DNA of 64,000 nucleotides from Candidatus Eiseniibacteriota bacterium (GTDB taxonomy: Bacteria; Eisenbacteria; RBG-16-71-46; CAIMUX01; VGJL01), in NCBI GenBank assembly GCA_963792585.1, contig CAWBWI010000002.1, forward strand, positions 224,001 through 288,000, read 5' to 3'. The notes below the pieces were generated by a model, which was given only the letters and a program-made list of their open reading frames with translations, had not been told where the DNA came from and searched no databases. Shown here in pieces: positions 48,435 through 58,479 of the stretch. A program made the translations under genes and the position numbers. The first letter of the stretch is position 1. Every line of letters starts with the position of its first letter.

Positions 48435-51398
48435 TCAGGGACTCGCGGCGCTCCAGGAATCCTGGTGCAAGGCCCCGCGCAGCAAAGCGCGAAGGGCTTG
48501 TGGGGGCGCGAAGGGCGTCGAGATCGGGAGGCCCGTCGTGATGCGCCAGGACCAATCTCCATTCGGGTTCGCCTTGCCGAACGGCCTGCCCCATGCAACG
48601 ACCGGGACGAGACGAAGGGGGCCGAGGCGCGCTGCGAGACGTGCCTCGAGGCCGAAAGTGACGCGCGTTCTCTCGTCTCGGAAGCTCCCGGAAGTTCCAC
48701 CCCAAGGGTGGGCACCCTCGAGGAAGGGGGCGAGGGTCCCTGCGCCCAGCGCCACCCCGGGGCCGCGCAACCCGAGATCGGGGAGGATCGGCAAGCGGGC
48801 TTCGATATCCGCATGCAGTGCGTGCGTGGCCGCGCGGGCCTTATCCCAACCCCGCACGAACGTCGTGCCCTCGAGTCCCGGCCAGCCTGCGATCCACTCG
48901 TGGCTCGGATCTGCATCGATTCCCTCGAACTCCTGCGGCGGCAGATCGGGGGAGAGACCTCGGTAGCCGATCTCGGTCCAGACCGAAGAGGCGAAGGGCC
49001 AGGTGACCTCGCGCGCGTGGAAGAGGCGCATCGAGCCGCGGAAGAAGCGTGAGGACTCGGGAAGGGGATCGAGTCCACCACGCAACCGAAGGTTCATCCC
49101 CGACCCTTCGTGGATCGCCGTCGCACCGACCGCGTGGGGCGGAACGCTCGTGTATCCGAATTCGCCGCCGATCACGAAGCTCGACCAAGCCCGAGGCTGG
49201 CCGAGCGGCGCCTGCATCGAGCGGCCGTCATAGCGCGGGCGGTGGCTTTCCGCCTGCGCGTAGAGATCGAGCCAGCCATCGAAGTTCGGATCCGCGCTCC
49301 GCTGCAGGGGGGCGAGCAGGCCCGCGCCGCTGATCTCCTTCCGCTCCCAAAGGACACGGTCGTTCAAGATCCTTCGGGGGAGATTCTGGGACGAGTGATA
49401 GAGCCCCGCATAGGGTCCCCACCGGGTCGTGAGATAGAAGAGGCTCACGTCGGGATGGCCCGTCTGATCCGCGTTCGCGTAGAGCATCCCGCCCCAGGCA
49501 TGGCGCAGCAGCGGATCGGCCCAGAACCCCAGAGCGCCAAGCGCCGGCTGCGCGGCCTGCGGACCAAGGAGTGGCAGGCGAAGCCAAGGTCGAACCTCAC
49601 CAAGCGCTCGATAGGAGAAGGGACCATCGATGGAGACCTCCCGATCCTCGGGCTCAACGGCGGCTGCGTTCGGGAAGGGATAAGGATCCCGTTCGACGGC
49701 GCGGGCGGGCATTCTCCCCGGCTGCAGCCGGAGAATCGGGGTCCGCAGCCGCGAGGAACGATCGAGGACCAACAAGGAGTCGCCCTGCCTTCCGGCAAGA
49801 TCGACGCCGCTGCCGGCCCCCGTCCGCAGCGCGATTTCCTCCAGGGCGCTCCCCAGCGGCCAGCGCGCCGAGTAGATTTCGGCGAGTCCACTGCGGTGCG
49901 AGACCCAAGCAAGCCGATCGTTGTCGATCCAGACGCTGCTGCGCTCGTCGGTCCGACCCCACGACAGGCGGAGAGTATCCGCCCCCCACGGTCGGGGGCC
50001 CGAACCTGTTCCGGACCCCCAGAGACCGCGACGTCCGTCGGGATGGACGCCGGAGAGGACGATGCGCATTCCATCCGGTGAGGCGGCGAGGCTGTGCAGA
50101 CCCCAGCCGTGGGGCCAGCGTCGCACGCTCTCGGGATGAAACATGCGGTCTACCGGTGAGATCGTCCCCTGGTAGATTACGGGGCCCTTGGGAGTATCGC
50201 CGATCGCGACGACTCGATCTCCCGCGACCAACTCCGCCTCGCCGATCCGCGCCCCGTGGGTCACGAACCTGGATCCCTCCGATGGGTCCCAGAACGCCAG
50301 ATCCTGCACCCAGGAGCCGTGCGCCGCCCGATGATAGCGGGGGACGATCACGCAGCCTTGCGGGAGAGGGACGGGGGTCCCGGTGACGGCCCCGGCCAGG
50401 ATGCGCTGTCGTTTCTCCTTCCCCATGCGCAAGAAGAGGGACGATTCTCGCGGGCCCCGCTTCTCCTGCCCCGTGGACCATTCGTTGCGTGCTCGCGACA
50501 CGATGCGCGACGGGAACCGAAGTCCGCCGTCAACCGGCGTCCCGATCGAGTCGGGTGACTCACCCCGACGGTACCTCTCGCCGTAGAAGGCGGTCATGCT
50601 CCGCCGAAACCGCTCCCATACGGATTCCGACTTTCCGGCGAGCGCGCGTGCTTCCGCCGCGCCGTAGCTGTACTGGCCGAACCCCCCGAAGGGTCGGATC
50701 AGGGCGCGCACGACGCTGTCGCCGTACGCGGAGACGAGCCAGCGCACGCGCGCGTTGCCGCGGGCATATAGGAGGGCCCCGTCTCCCGGGACCCCCGGGG
50801 GAGTCCGTTCGATCGATCCGTCCAGCACCGCCGCGGAGAGGGTGCCGTCCCCGCGATAGACGTTCCACGTCTCGGCCGTCCACTGGGCAATCCCCTCCTG
50901 GAGCCAGCGGGGGGGGGCGGCGCCGATCAGGTAGGCCGCGTTGCCCAGCCATGTCTGCGATGCGCGTGCGACCAGGATGTGCGTGTACTCATGGATCAGC
51001 ACTTCCTCGAACCAGGGCCGGCTTCCCGAGAAACTCCGGAGCGCAGGGTAGGAGGGGATCCAAACGAAGAAGTAGTCGGCCCCCACCGCCGCCCCGTTCG
51101 CGATCTGGTCTTGATCGGATAGATAGACGCGTGTCGGGCGCTCGGGCGCGACGTCGAGTTGCCGACAGAGCGGGGCATGAAAGCGTTCGAGAATCGACGA
51201 CGCTTCCCGGGCCCATGGCTCGAGCGGATCATGGTAGAAGACGCGGAAGTGCTCGGTGCGCAGTTCCTTCCATCGCAACTCCGGGTGGTTCCGGCCGTTC
51301 AGGAGAACGAACGCTCCCTGCCCGAACGACGCGGATGCGGTCGGCAGGAGGATTGCAAGCGTGAGGCACGCGACGAATAGGAATCGGGACGTCTGCAT
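48435..51398 (-). CDS. Outer-membrane protein: peptidase MA-like HExxH domain + beta-propeller + BamA/TamA-like barrel
   Basis: Signal peptide, LRWKELRTEHFRVFYH, VLIHEYTHI..PPRWLQEGIAQW, LAASPDG repeat and a C-term barrel with VRGW. Confidence 0.65.
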   Translation of the reverse strand: MQTSRFLFVACLTLAILLPTASASFGQGAFVLLNGRNHPELRWKELRTEHFRVFYHDPLEPWAREASSILERFHAPLCRQLDVAPERPTRVYLSDQDQIANGAAVGADYFFVWIPSYPALRSFSGSRPWFEEVLIHEYTHILVARASQTWLGNAAYLIGAAPPRWLQEGIAQWTAETWNVYRGDGTLSAAVLDGSIERTPPGVPGDGALLYARGNARVRWLVSAYGDSVVRALIRPFGGFGQYSYGAAEARALAGKSESVWERFRRSMTAFYGERYRRGESPDSIGTPVDGGLRFPSRIVSRARNEWSTGQEKRGPRESSLFLRMGKEKRQRILAGAVTGTPVPLPQGCVIVPRYHRAAHGSWVQDLAFWDPSEGSRFVTHGARIGEAELVAGDRVVAIGDTPKGPVIYQGTISPVDRMFHPESVRRWPHGWGLHSLAASPDGMRIVLSGVHPDGRRGLWGSGTGSGPRPWGADTLRLSWGRTDERSSVWIDNDRLAWVSHRSGLAEIYSARWPLGSALEEIALRTGAGSGVDLAGRQGDSLLVLDRSSRLRTPILRLQPGRMPARAVERDPYPFPNAAAVEPEDREVSIDGPFSYRALGEVRPWLRLPLLGPQAAQPALGALGFWADPLLRHAWGGMLYANADQTGHPDVSLFYLTTRWGPYAGLYHSSQNLPRRILNDRVLWERKEISGAGLLAPLQRSADPNFDGWLDLYAQAESHRPRYDGRSMQAPLGQPRAWSSFVIGGEFGYTSVPPHAVGATAIHEGSGMNLRLRGGLDPLPESSRFFRGSMRLFHAREVTWPFASSVWTEIGYRGLSPDLPPQEFEGIDADPSHEWIAGWPGLEGTTFVRGWDKARAATHALHADIEARLPILPDLGLRGPGVALGAGTLAPFLEGAHPWGGTSGSFRDERTRVTFGLEARLAARLGPLRLVPVVAWGRPFGKANPNGDWSWRITTGLPISTPFAPPQALRALLRGALHQDSWSAASP

Positions 51399-51626
51399 CG
51401 CGAATCAAGGTAGCGACCCTCCGGCGCCAAGTCCATCCCTTGCCCGTCCCCGGATCGGGTCCGCTTGACGACTTGGGTCCCCGCGCGGTAGTCTGCCCGT
51501 CGTTCCGGAGCCGCCCCCCACGGATCGCCGGATCACGACCGGGTCCGCTTCTCGGGATCGGACCCGATTGGTTGCGGTGGAGGAACGCTCCCCCGCCCGC
51601 CTCCCAGAAACACCTTCGATGCGTCT

Positions 51627-53903
51627 GTGCAAGGAATTCACGGGAGGCCGGTCATGGTGCATCTTGCGGGCGATATCAAGCCCGAGTTCCTCGACGAACC
51701 CAGATCCCACGCAGTGCTTCGATCCCGCGCGCGCTCCACCGCTGCGGTTCAGCTATCCATGGAAGGAATCCACCGTCCACAGGGGGCTCCCCTCACGAAG
51801 CTCGAGCGAGGCGCGCGAATGCTCCTCGACCGGACGCGTCGGGCCTTCTCCGGCGACGGTTCCGATGTCCAGGGCCGCCTCGAGACGATTCGCGCTCTCG
51901 CGATCGCGCACCCCGATCACGACACCTACGTGGCCGCGTCCGCGTCGCTCGCGCTCCTCCAACTCGAGCGAGGGCACTGGGCCTCGGTCATCGACATCCT
52001 CGATTCAGCCCTCGGCGAAGGGCTACCCCCGACCGATGAAGCATTCAGCGTGTACGTTCAGTGTCTCGCGCGCTCCGAGGTCGGCCCCCCCTCGGCCGTG
52101 GTGACAGGCTGCGCTCGCGCCCTCAAGCTCCTTGCCTTTGCGGAGTTTCCTTCGCTTCGGGCACGGATCCGGCGGCTGGCGCTCGACGGGTACCGGCTGC
52201 AGGGGGATCGCCTGCGGGCTCGCAGGGTTCTGGACCGCATGCGGGATGCGGGGCCTGCGGAGGAGACCGAGGCTCTGCTTCGGATCGCCGAATGCGACCT
52301 CCTCCACTCCGGTGGGCGGCTGGAGGCCGCGGAGGCGGCCGCGCGGGACGCGTGGGCGATCTCGCGCCGTCCGGGGAATCCCGGCGCGCCACATGTCCCC
52401 GGGACGGCCGCGGTCATCCGACGCCTGGCGGCGATTCTCCTGGACCTGCAACGCCCCGACGAGGCCCGGCGCAAGGCGCTCGAAGCAATGGAAGGACTCG
52501 ATCCCGCCTGCCCGAGCGATCGGCGGGAGATCGCCCGGCTTCGCAGCATCATGGCGCGGATCGATCTGGAGGAGAACGATGAGTCGCGCGCGTGGGAGTC
52601 GCTTCGCATTGCCGAGCGCTTCTTTCGGCAGACGCACAGTCACCGCGATCGCGCCGACCTCCTGGTCTTCTGGGGTGAAACGGCCGCCGTCCGTCAAGTC
52701 GAGACGGCGCTCCGCCGGGAGGCGCGCGAAGGGCTCTTCGAAGCCCGGGCGATCTATCGTCGGCTCTGCGCCGAGGAGGGGATCCGGCGTTGTGATCTGG
52801 CCCTCGAATGTCTGCGCGCTCCGGTCGGAAACGGGGATCGTGCGACCGCTCGGCCCCCGCGCCCGCCACGCACGCGCCGTCTCACCCAACTCGGATTCCT
52901 CACGTGCGATCCGGCGGTTCTGCTCGCACTCGAACCACTGGAGGCGTTGGTCGGCACTTCGATCCCGATCCTCATCCACGGTGAGAGTGGAACCGGCAAG
53001 GAGGTTCTCTCCCGCGCGCTCCATCGCGCCGCGGGCGTGCGGGGACCGTTCGTTGCGGTCAACTGCGGGGCGCTCCCGAGTGAACTGCAGGAGAGCGAGC
53101 TCTTCGGACATGTGCGCGGCGCCTTCACCGGAGCGGTCGCCGACAAGGTCGGCCTCTTTGAGGCGGCGGATGGGGGGACTCTCCTCCTCGACGAGGTTGG
53201 GGAGATGACCCCGCGCGCACAGGTGAAGCTCCTTCGAATCCTGGAGCTGGGGGAGGTCCGCCGCGTCGGCGAGACGCGCACACGCAGGGTCCACGTGCGG
53301 GTGATCGCCGCCACGAACGCGGATCTGGCCGAGCAACTGAGGACCGGCGCCTTTCGCCGCGACCTGTTCTTTCGCCTGTGCGGGTTGAAGGTCGCGCTTC
53401 CGGCGCTCCGCGAGCGGCGCGGCGACGTGCCCCTGCTCGCGACCCACTTTGCACGACTCTTCGGCGGCGCCGAGGCCACGCCTTTGTCGATCGCGCCTGA
53501 GGCGCTCGACCGGTTGCTTGTCCACGACTGGCCGGGAAACGTTCGCGAGTTGCGGTTCACGATGGAGAGGGCGGTGGCTCTCTCGCGCGCGCTCGGGCGC
53601 GAGAGAATCGAGGCGGATTGCATCGACCCCGAAGGGCTTCCGGGAGACGCGCTCGAGCCCACGCCCGTCCCGATCACGGAGGATCTGGGGGCCGCAGGCG
53701 GGCTCGACGCCTATCTCATGAACACCGAGCGCCGGTTGATCCTGAAGGCGCTCGAGCAGAACGGCTGGAACCGGACGCACGCGGCCCGCAGCCTGGGTGG
53801 GATCAGCAGGACAACCCTGATCGGAAAGATGAAACGGCTCGGCCTCTTTCCCGAGAGCGGTGGAGAGCCGGCCGCGGGGGCTGAAGCCGTGCCGCTCGGC
53901 TGA
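51627..53903 (+). CDS. Sigma54-dependent enhancer-binding protein with N-terminal TPR-like region (start uncertain)
   Basis: GESGTGKE, ESELFGHVRGAFTGA, LLLDEVGE, RVIAATN, WPGNVREL and a Fis HTH (NGWNRTHAARSLG). Confidence 0.92.
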   Translation: MQGIHGRPVMVHLAGDIKPEFLDEPRSHAVLRSRARSTAAVQLSMEGIHRPQGAPLTKLERGARMLLDRTRRAFSGDGSDVQGRLETIRALAIAHPDHDTYVAASASLALLQLERGHWASVIDILDSALGEGLPPTDEAFSVYVQCLARSEVGPPSAVVTGCARALKLLAFAEFPSLRARIRRLALDGYRLQGDRLRARRVLDRMRDAGPAEETEALLRIAECDLLHSGGRLEAAEAAARDAWAISRRPGNPGAPHVPGTAAVIRRLAAILLDLQRPDEARRKALEAMEGLDPACPSDRREIARLRSIMARIDLEENDESRAWESLRIAERFFRQTHSHRDRADLLVFWGETAAVRQVETALRREAREGLFEARAIYRRLCAEEGIRRCDLALECLRAPVGNGDRATARPPRPPRTRRLTQLGFLTCDPAVLLALEPLEALVGTSIPILIHGESGTGKEVLSRALHRAAGVRGPFVAVNCGALPSELQESELFGHVRGAFTGAVADKVGLFEAADGGTLLLDEVGEMTPRAQVKLLRILELGEVRRVGETRTRRVHVRVIAATNADLAEQLRTGAFRRDLFFRLCGLKVALPALRERRGDVPLLATHFARLFGGAEATPLSIAPEALDRLLVHDWPGNVRELRFTMERAVALSRALGRERIEADCIDPEGLPGDALEPTPVPITEDLGAAGGLDAYLMNTERRLILKALEQNGWNRTHAARSLGGISRTTLIGKMKRLGLFPESGGEPAAGAEAVPLG

Positions 53904-53908
53904 GCGCC

Positions 53909-54505
53909 TCAGGCCGGACCACGGGTTCCCACCCATAGCCGCCCCCCGGCAACCGTCTCTTCATCCTCGATCCGGATGCCGGAGCGCTCGAGGGCTGCAC
54001 GGACGGAAGTGGGGGAGTGCAGGCGGAATACGACCCCGCGATTCATCCACCCGAAGAGCCGCGCCACGAGGTGGGAGGGCCTGCTGTCGATGCGCGTCCA
54101 CACGGCGACTTTGCCGCCATTGCGGACGATGCGTGCGATCTCGCCGATCGCGGGCTCGATGGACAGGAGATGACCTAAGACGCCGAAGCTGACTGCGACA
54201 TCCGCCCCACCGTCGCGCAGGGGAAGGCGCTCCGCGTCCGCGCAGACCAGGCGCGCACCGGGATACTGCCGCCGCGCGAGTGCGAGAAACTCGGGGGCAA
54301 GATCGCAACCGATCACTCCCAGCCCGGGTCTCCAGCGGCGGACGATCCGGAGGAATTCGCCGCTCCCGCATCCTATGTCCACGGTCTGCCCGGTCTCCGG
54401 GAGGCGGGAAGTCACGGATCGGATCATTCGACGGTAGCCCGCCGCGGCGAGGAGGGTTGCCCAGAGGTCGTAGAGGCGCGCATTCCTGCGCCCCCAGAGG
54501 CGCAT
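53909..54505 (-). CDS. Class I SAM-dependent methyltransferase
   Basis: VDIGCGSG, GCDLAPEFL, ADAERLPL and EIARIVRNGG motifs. Start is 54505 or 54556. Confidence 0.85.
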   Translation of the reverse strand: MRLWGRRNARLYDLWATLLAAAGYRRMIRSVTSRLPETGQTVDIGCGSGEFLRIVRRWRPGLGVIGCDLAPEFLALARRQYPGARLVCADAERLPLRDGGADVAVSFGVLGHLLSIEPAIGEIARIVRNGGKVAVWTRIDSRPSHLVARLFGWMNRGVVFRLHSPTSVRAALERSGIRIEDEETVAGGRLWVGTRGPA

Positions 54506-54609
54506 TCCCCGCCTCTGCCGCGAAACGGCTTCTTCGTCTTTTTTTGACTTGCGCATGCCCCCTCGCGGTTCCTATTTTGTGCGTACACGAGAAAGGAGGT
54601 GGTCCATTG

Positions 54610-54645
54610 ATGAGATCTTTGACCTGTGAGGTGCCTGAACGTTAG
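54610..54645 (+). CDS. Putative 11-aa peptide MRSLTCEVPER behind an extended Shine-Dalgarno
   Basis: AGAAAGGAGGTGGTCCA (54590-54606) precedes TTG ATG. Candidate promoter TTGCGC-N18-TATTTT at 54549-54578. Confidence 0.45.
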   Translation: MRSLTCEVPER

Positions 54646-54779
54646 GCGGCTCGACCGCGGAAGTTCGTTGAAGTAGGCCGAGTCGCCTGCGGAATCCAAG
54701 CAGGTAACCGGAACCAGGGGCTCCCGGAATCGGTCTTCCGGGACGAGGATCCGAGAGGATCTGGAAGAGCCCCTGGTTC
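54644..54779 (+). ncRNA. Putative structured RNA: long hairpin plus branched terminal structure
   Basis: Stem 54644-54656/54676-54688. Perfect 13-bp stem 54711-54723/54767-54779 enclosing CCGGAA/TTCCGG and GGATCC-GAGA-GGATCT hairpins. Confidence 0.45.
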
Positions 54780-54806
54780 TCCTCTTGTCCCCGCACGCCC
54801 GGGCTA

Positions 54807-55556
54807 TCACCCCTGGTCGGGAATCTCCTGCAACCAGACCCGCAGGGCATCCGACATCTCCTCGTTCCAGATATGTGTTCCTTGGGTCTCCACGAACCGG
54901 ACGGGGAATCCAAGCCGCTCGACTTCATCTGCGGAACTGCGCGCCTGATCGAGGGGAATCACTTCATCGTCCCGGCCGTGCAGAAAGAGGAACGGGATGC
55001 GCGGGATCGACTCGGCCGCGCGATCCGCCCATCCGGGACGGGCGCGCCCGCCGGCAATCACGATTCCACGGAAACGCTCCGCATGTCGTAGCCCGAGGCT
55101 TCCCGCGAAGTAGGCGCCTTGTGAGAAACCAAGGAGCACCATGCGGGTGATGTCGAGATTCCAGGCCGAGGCGCGATCGGGCAGCATCCCCAAGATCCGC
55201 TGTTCGCTCGCACGCAGCGTCGCCCGGAACGTGGGCGTGTCGCCCTCATACACGTACCATGCGTATCCGATCGAGCGGAGGCCACCCACCCTACGTTCCA
55301 TAGGGTACGAGCCTTCGGGCACGAGCCACGCCCACGGCGCGTCGTAGAGGCTCCGGAACCACCGGGCGAACGGCTCGGGCCGCATCCCCATGCCGTGGAG
55401 CGCGAGGACGGTCGGATGCGGTCCCGCGCCCGAGGACGGGAGAACCGTCAGATCGAGCGGCTGGGTGACGAACGGCGTGCGGGCTACCCGGATGCGTTCG
55501 GCCGACAATCCGATTCGGTCGGCGAGACTCGCGCGTCCGGACGGATCTTCCGACAC
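54807..55556 (-). CDS. Phospholipase/carboxylesterase-type alpha/beta hydrolase
   Basis: [31 protein letters not shown] and GTH motifs. GTG start just after the mutase stop. Confidence 0.85.
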   Translation of the reverse strand: MSEDPSGRASLADRIGLSAERIRVARTPFVTQPLDLTVLPSSGAGPHPTVLALHGMGMRPEPFARWFRSLYDAPWAWLVPEGSYPMERRVGGLRSIGYAWYVYEGDTPTFRATLRASEQRILGMLPDRASAWNLDITRMVLLGFSQGAYFAGSLGLRHAERFRGIVIAGGRARPGWADRAAESIPRIPFLFLHGRDDEVIPLDQARSSADEVERLGFPVRFVETQGTHIWNEEMSDALRVWLQEIPDQG

Positions 55557-55564
55557 GGCGTTTC

Positions 55565-57226
<1,662 letters not shown>

Positions 57227-57371
57227 TCCATCCTCCACGGGGACTGTGGGATCCGAGCAGTGCGGCCTGACCATGTCCAATGACTTGAGATCATAGCAGA
57301 TTGCGGGCGGTTCAGACCTCCGCCTGGAGCATGCCCTGCGGCCGGGCGATGGACCACCCGGCGCCGTGAAT

Positions 57372-57845
57372 CTAGGACGAGAGCTTGAACTCGCCCCGAA
57401 GGGCCGCAAGGGCCTCCTCGGCCCGGACCTCCTCGATCATGCAGGTCACGGAGGACATCGAGGTCGAAATCACCTCGATGTTGATGCCATGGCTGGATAG
57501 GGCGCGGAACATCCGTCCCGCGATTCCCGGCTCGGTGGACAGGTGCTGGCCTACGATGCTGACGAGCGCGACCTTTGCGTTCACCGCCAGCGATCGGGCG
57601 CCGACCTCCTCGCGGATCATGTCGAGCGCGCGCACTGCCGCCTCCTGATCACTGCGCGAGACGGCGAGGCTGATATCGGCCCGACCTCCCGAGCCGCCGG
57701 TGGAGACCACGAGTTCGATGTTGAACCCCTGGCTGCCCAGCGAGCCGAACACTTCGGCGGCGATTCCGGGGCGGTCGGGCACCCCCTCGAGTGTCAGCTT
57801 GGTGATTTCCCGGTTCGCTACGGCGTGCAGCTCGTCCATCGGCAC
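57372..57845 (-). CDS. Stand-alone tandem ACT-domain protein (aspartokinase beta subunit-like)
   Basis: [21 protein letters not shown] and [36 protein letters not shown]. Confidence 0.85.
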   Translation of the reverse strand: MPMDELHAVANREITKLTLEGVPDRPGIAAEVFGSLGSQGFNIELVVSTGGSGGRADISLAVSRSDQEAAVRALDMIREEVGARSLAVNAKVALVSIVGQHLSTEPGIAGRMFRALSSHGINIEVISTSMSSVTCMIEEVRAEEALAALRGEFKLSS

Positions 57846-57903
57846 CTCCCTTCCCGGAATTCCCCGGGACCTGCGTGAGGTTCGCGCCGCCGGACCGCGA
57901 AGG

Positions 57904-58461
57904 TCAACCGGAATCGCGCGAGCGCGGAATCCAGAGCACGTCCGGCAGGCCCGCCTCTCGATTGGCCCAGCGCGCCAGGACGAACAGGAAGTCGGACAGC
58001 CGGTTCAGGTAGCGGAGGACGGCCGTGTCCATCGGCTCGGAGCGAAGCAGCCGAACGACCGATCGTTCGGCGCGCCGACAGACGCATCGTGCCAGGTGGG
58101 CCGCGCAGGCGGCCTCGGAGCCGCCGGGAAGGATGAAGTTCTCGAGAGGGGGGAGTCCCGCTTCCAGTAGATCGATGCCCGCCTCGAGGGATGCGACGTC
58201 GGCGTCACCGAGGGGCTTCGGGGTAGGGCCTACCTCTGCGGGGCGCGCCAACTCCGCGCCCGCTTCGAATAGGAGGCTCTGGATCGACTCGAGCATCGAT
58301 CCGACGCTCGGGTCCTGGATGAGGCGCCGAAGGCTGCCGATCCAGGCATTGACTTCGTCGATTTCGCCGTACGCCGAGACCCGGACATGGTCCTTGGAAA
58401 CGCGAAGGGGGCCGAGGAGCCCTGTTTCGCCCCCGTCCCCCGTTCGCGTGTAGATCTTCAT
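57904..58461 (-). CDS. pduO: ATP:cob(I)alamin adenosyltransferase, PduO type
   Basis: MKIYTRTGDGGETGL, AYGEIDEVNA, FILPGG, ARCVCRRAER and YLNRLSDFLFVLAR motifs. Confidence 0.95.
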   Translation of the reverse strand: MKIYTRTGDGGETGLLGPLRVSKDHVRVSAYGEIDEVNAWIGSLRRLIQDPSVGSMLESIQSLLFEAGAELARPAEVGPTPKPLGDADVASLEAGIDLLEAGLPPLENFILPGGSEAACAAHLARCVCRRAERSVVRLLRSEPMDTAVLRYLNRLSDFLFVLARWANREAGLPDVLWIPRSRDSG

Positions 58462-58479
58462 CCGCCGGCAGATCCTGGT

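Noticed and set aside
54590..54606. Fragment of a 16S rRNA gene on the minus strand
   Set aside because: The match is limited to about 16 nt of the anti-SD tail. The adjacent sequence does not resemble 16S helix 45 or helix 44.
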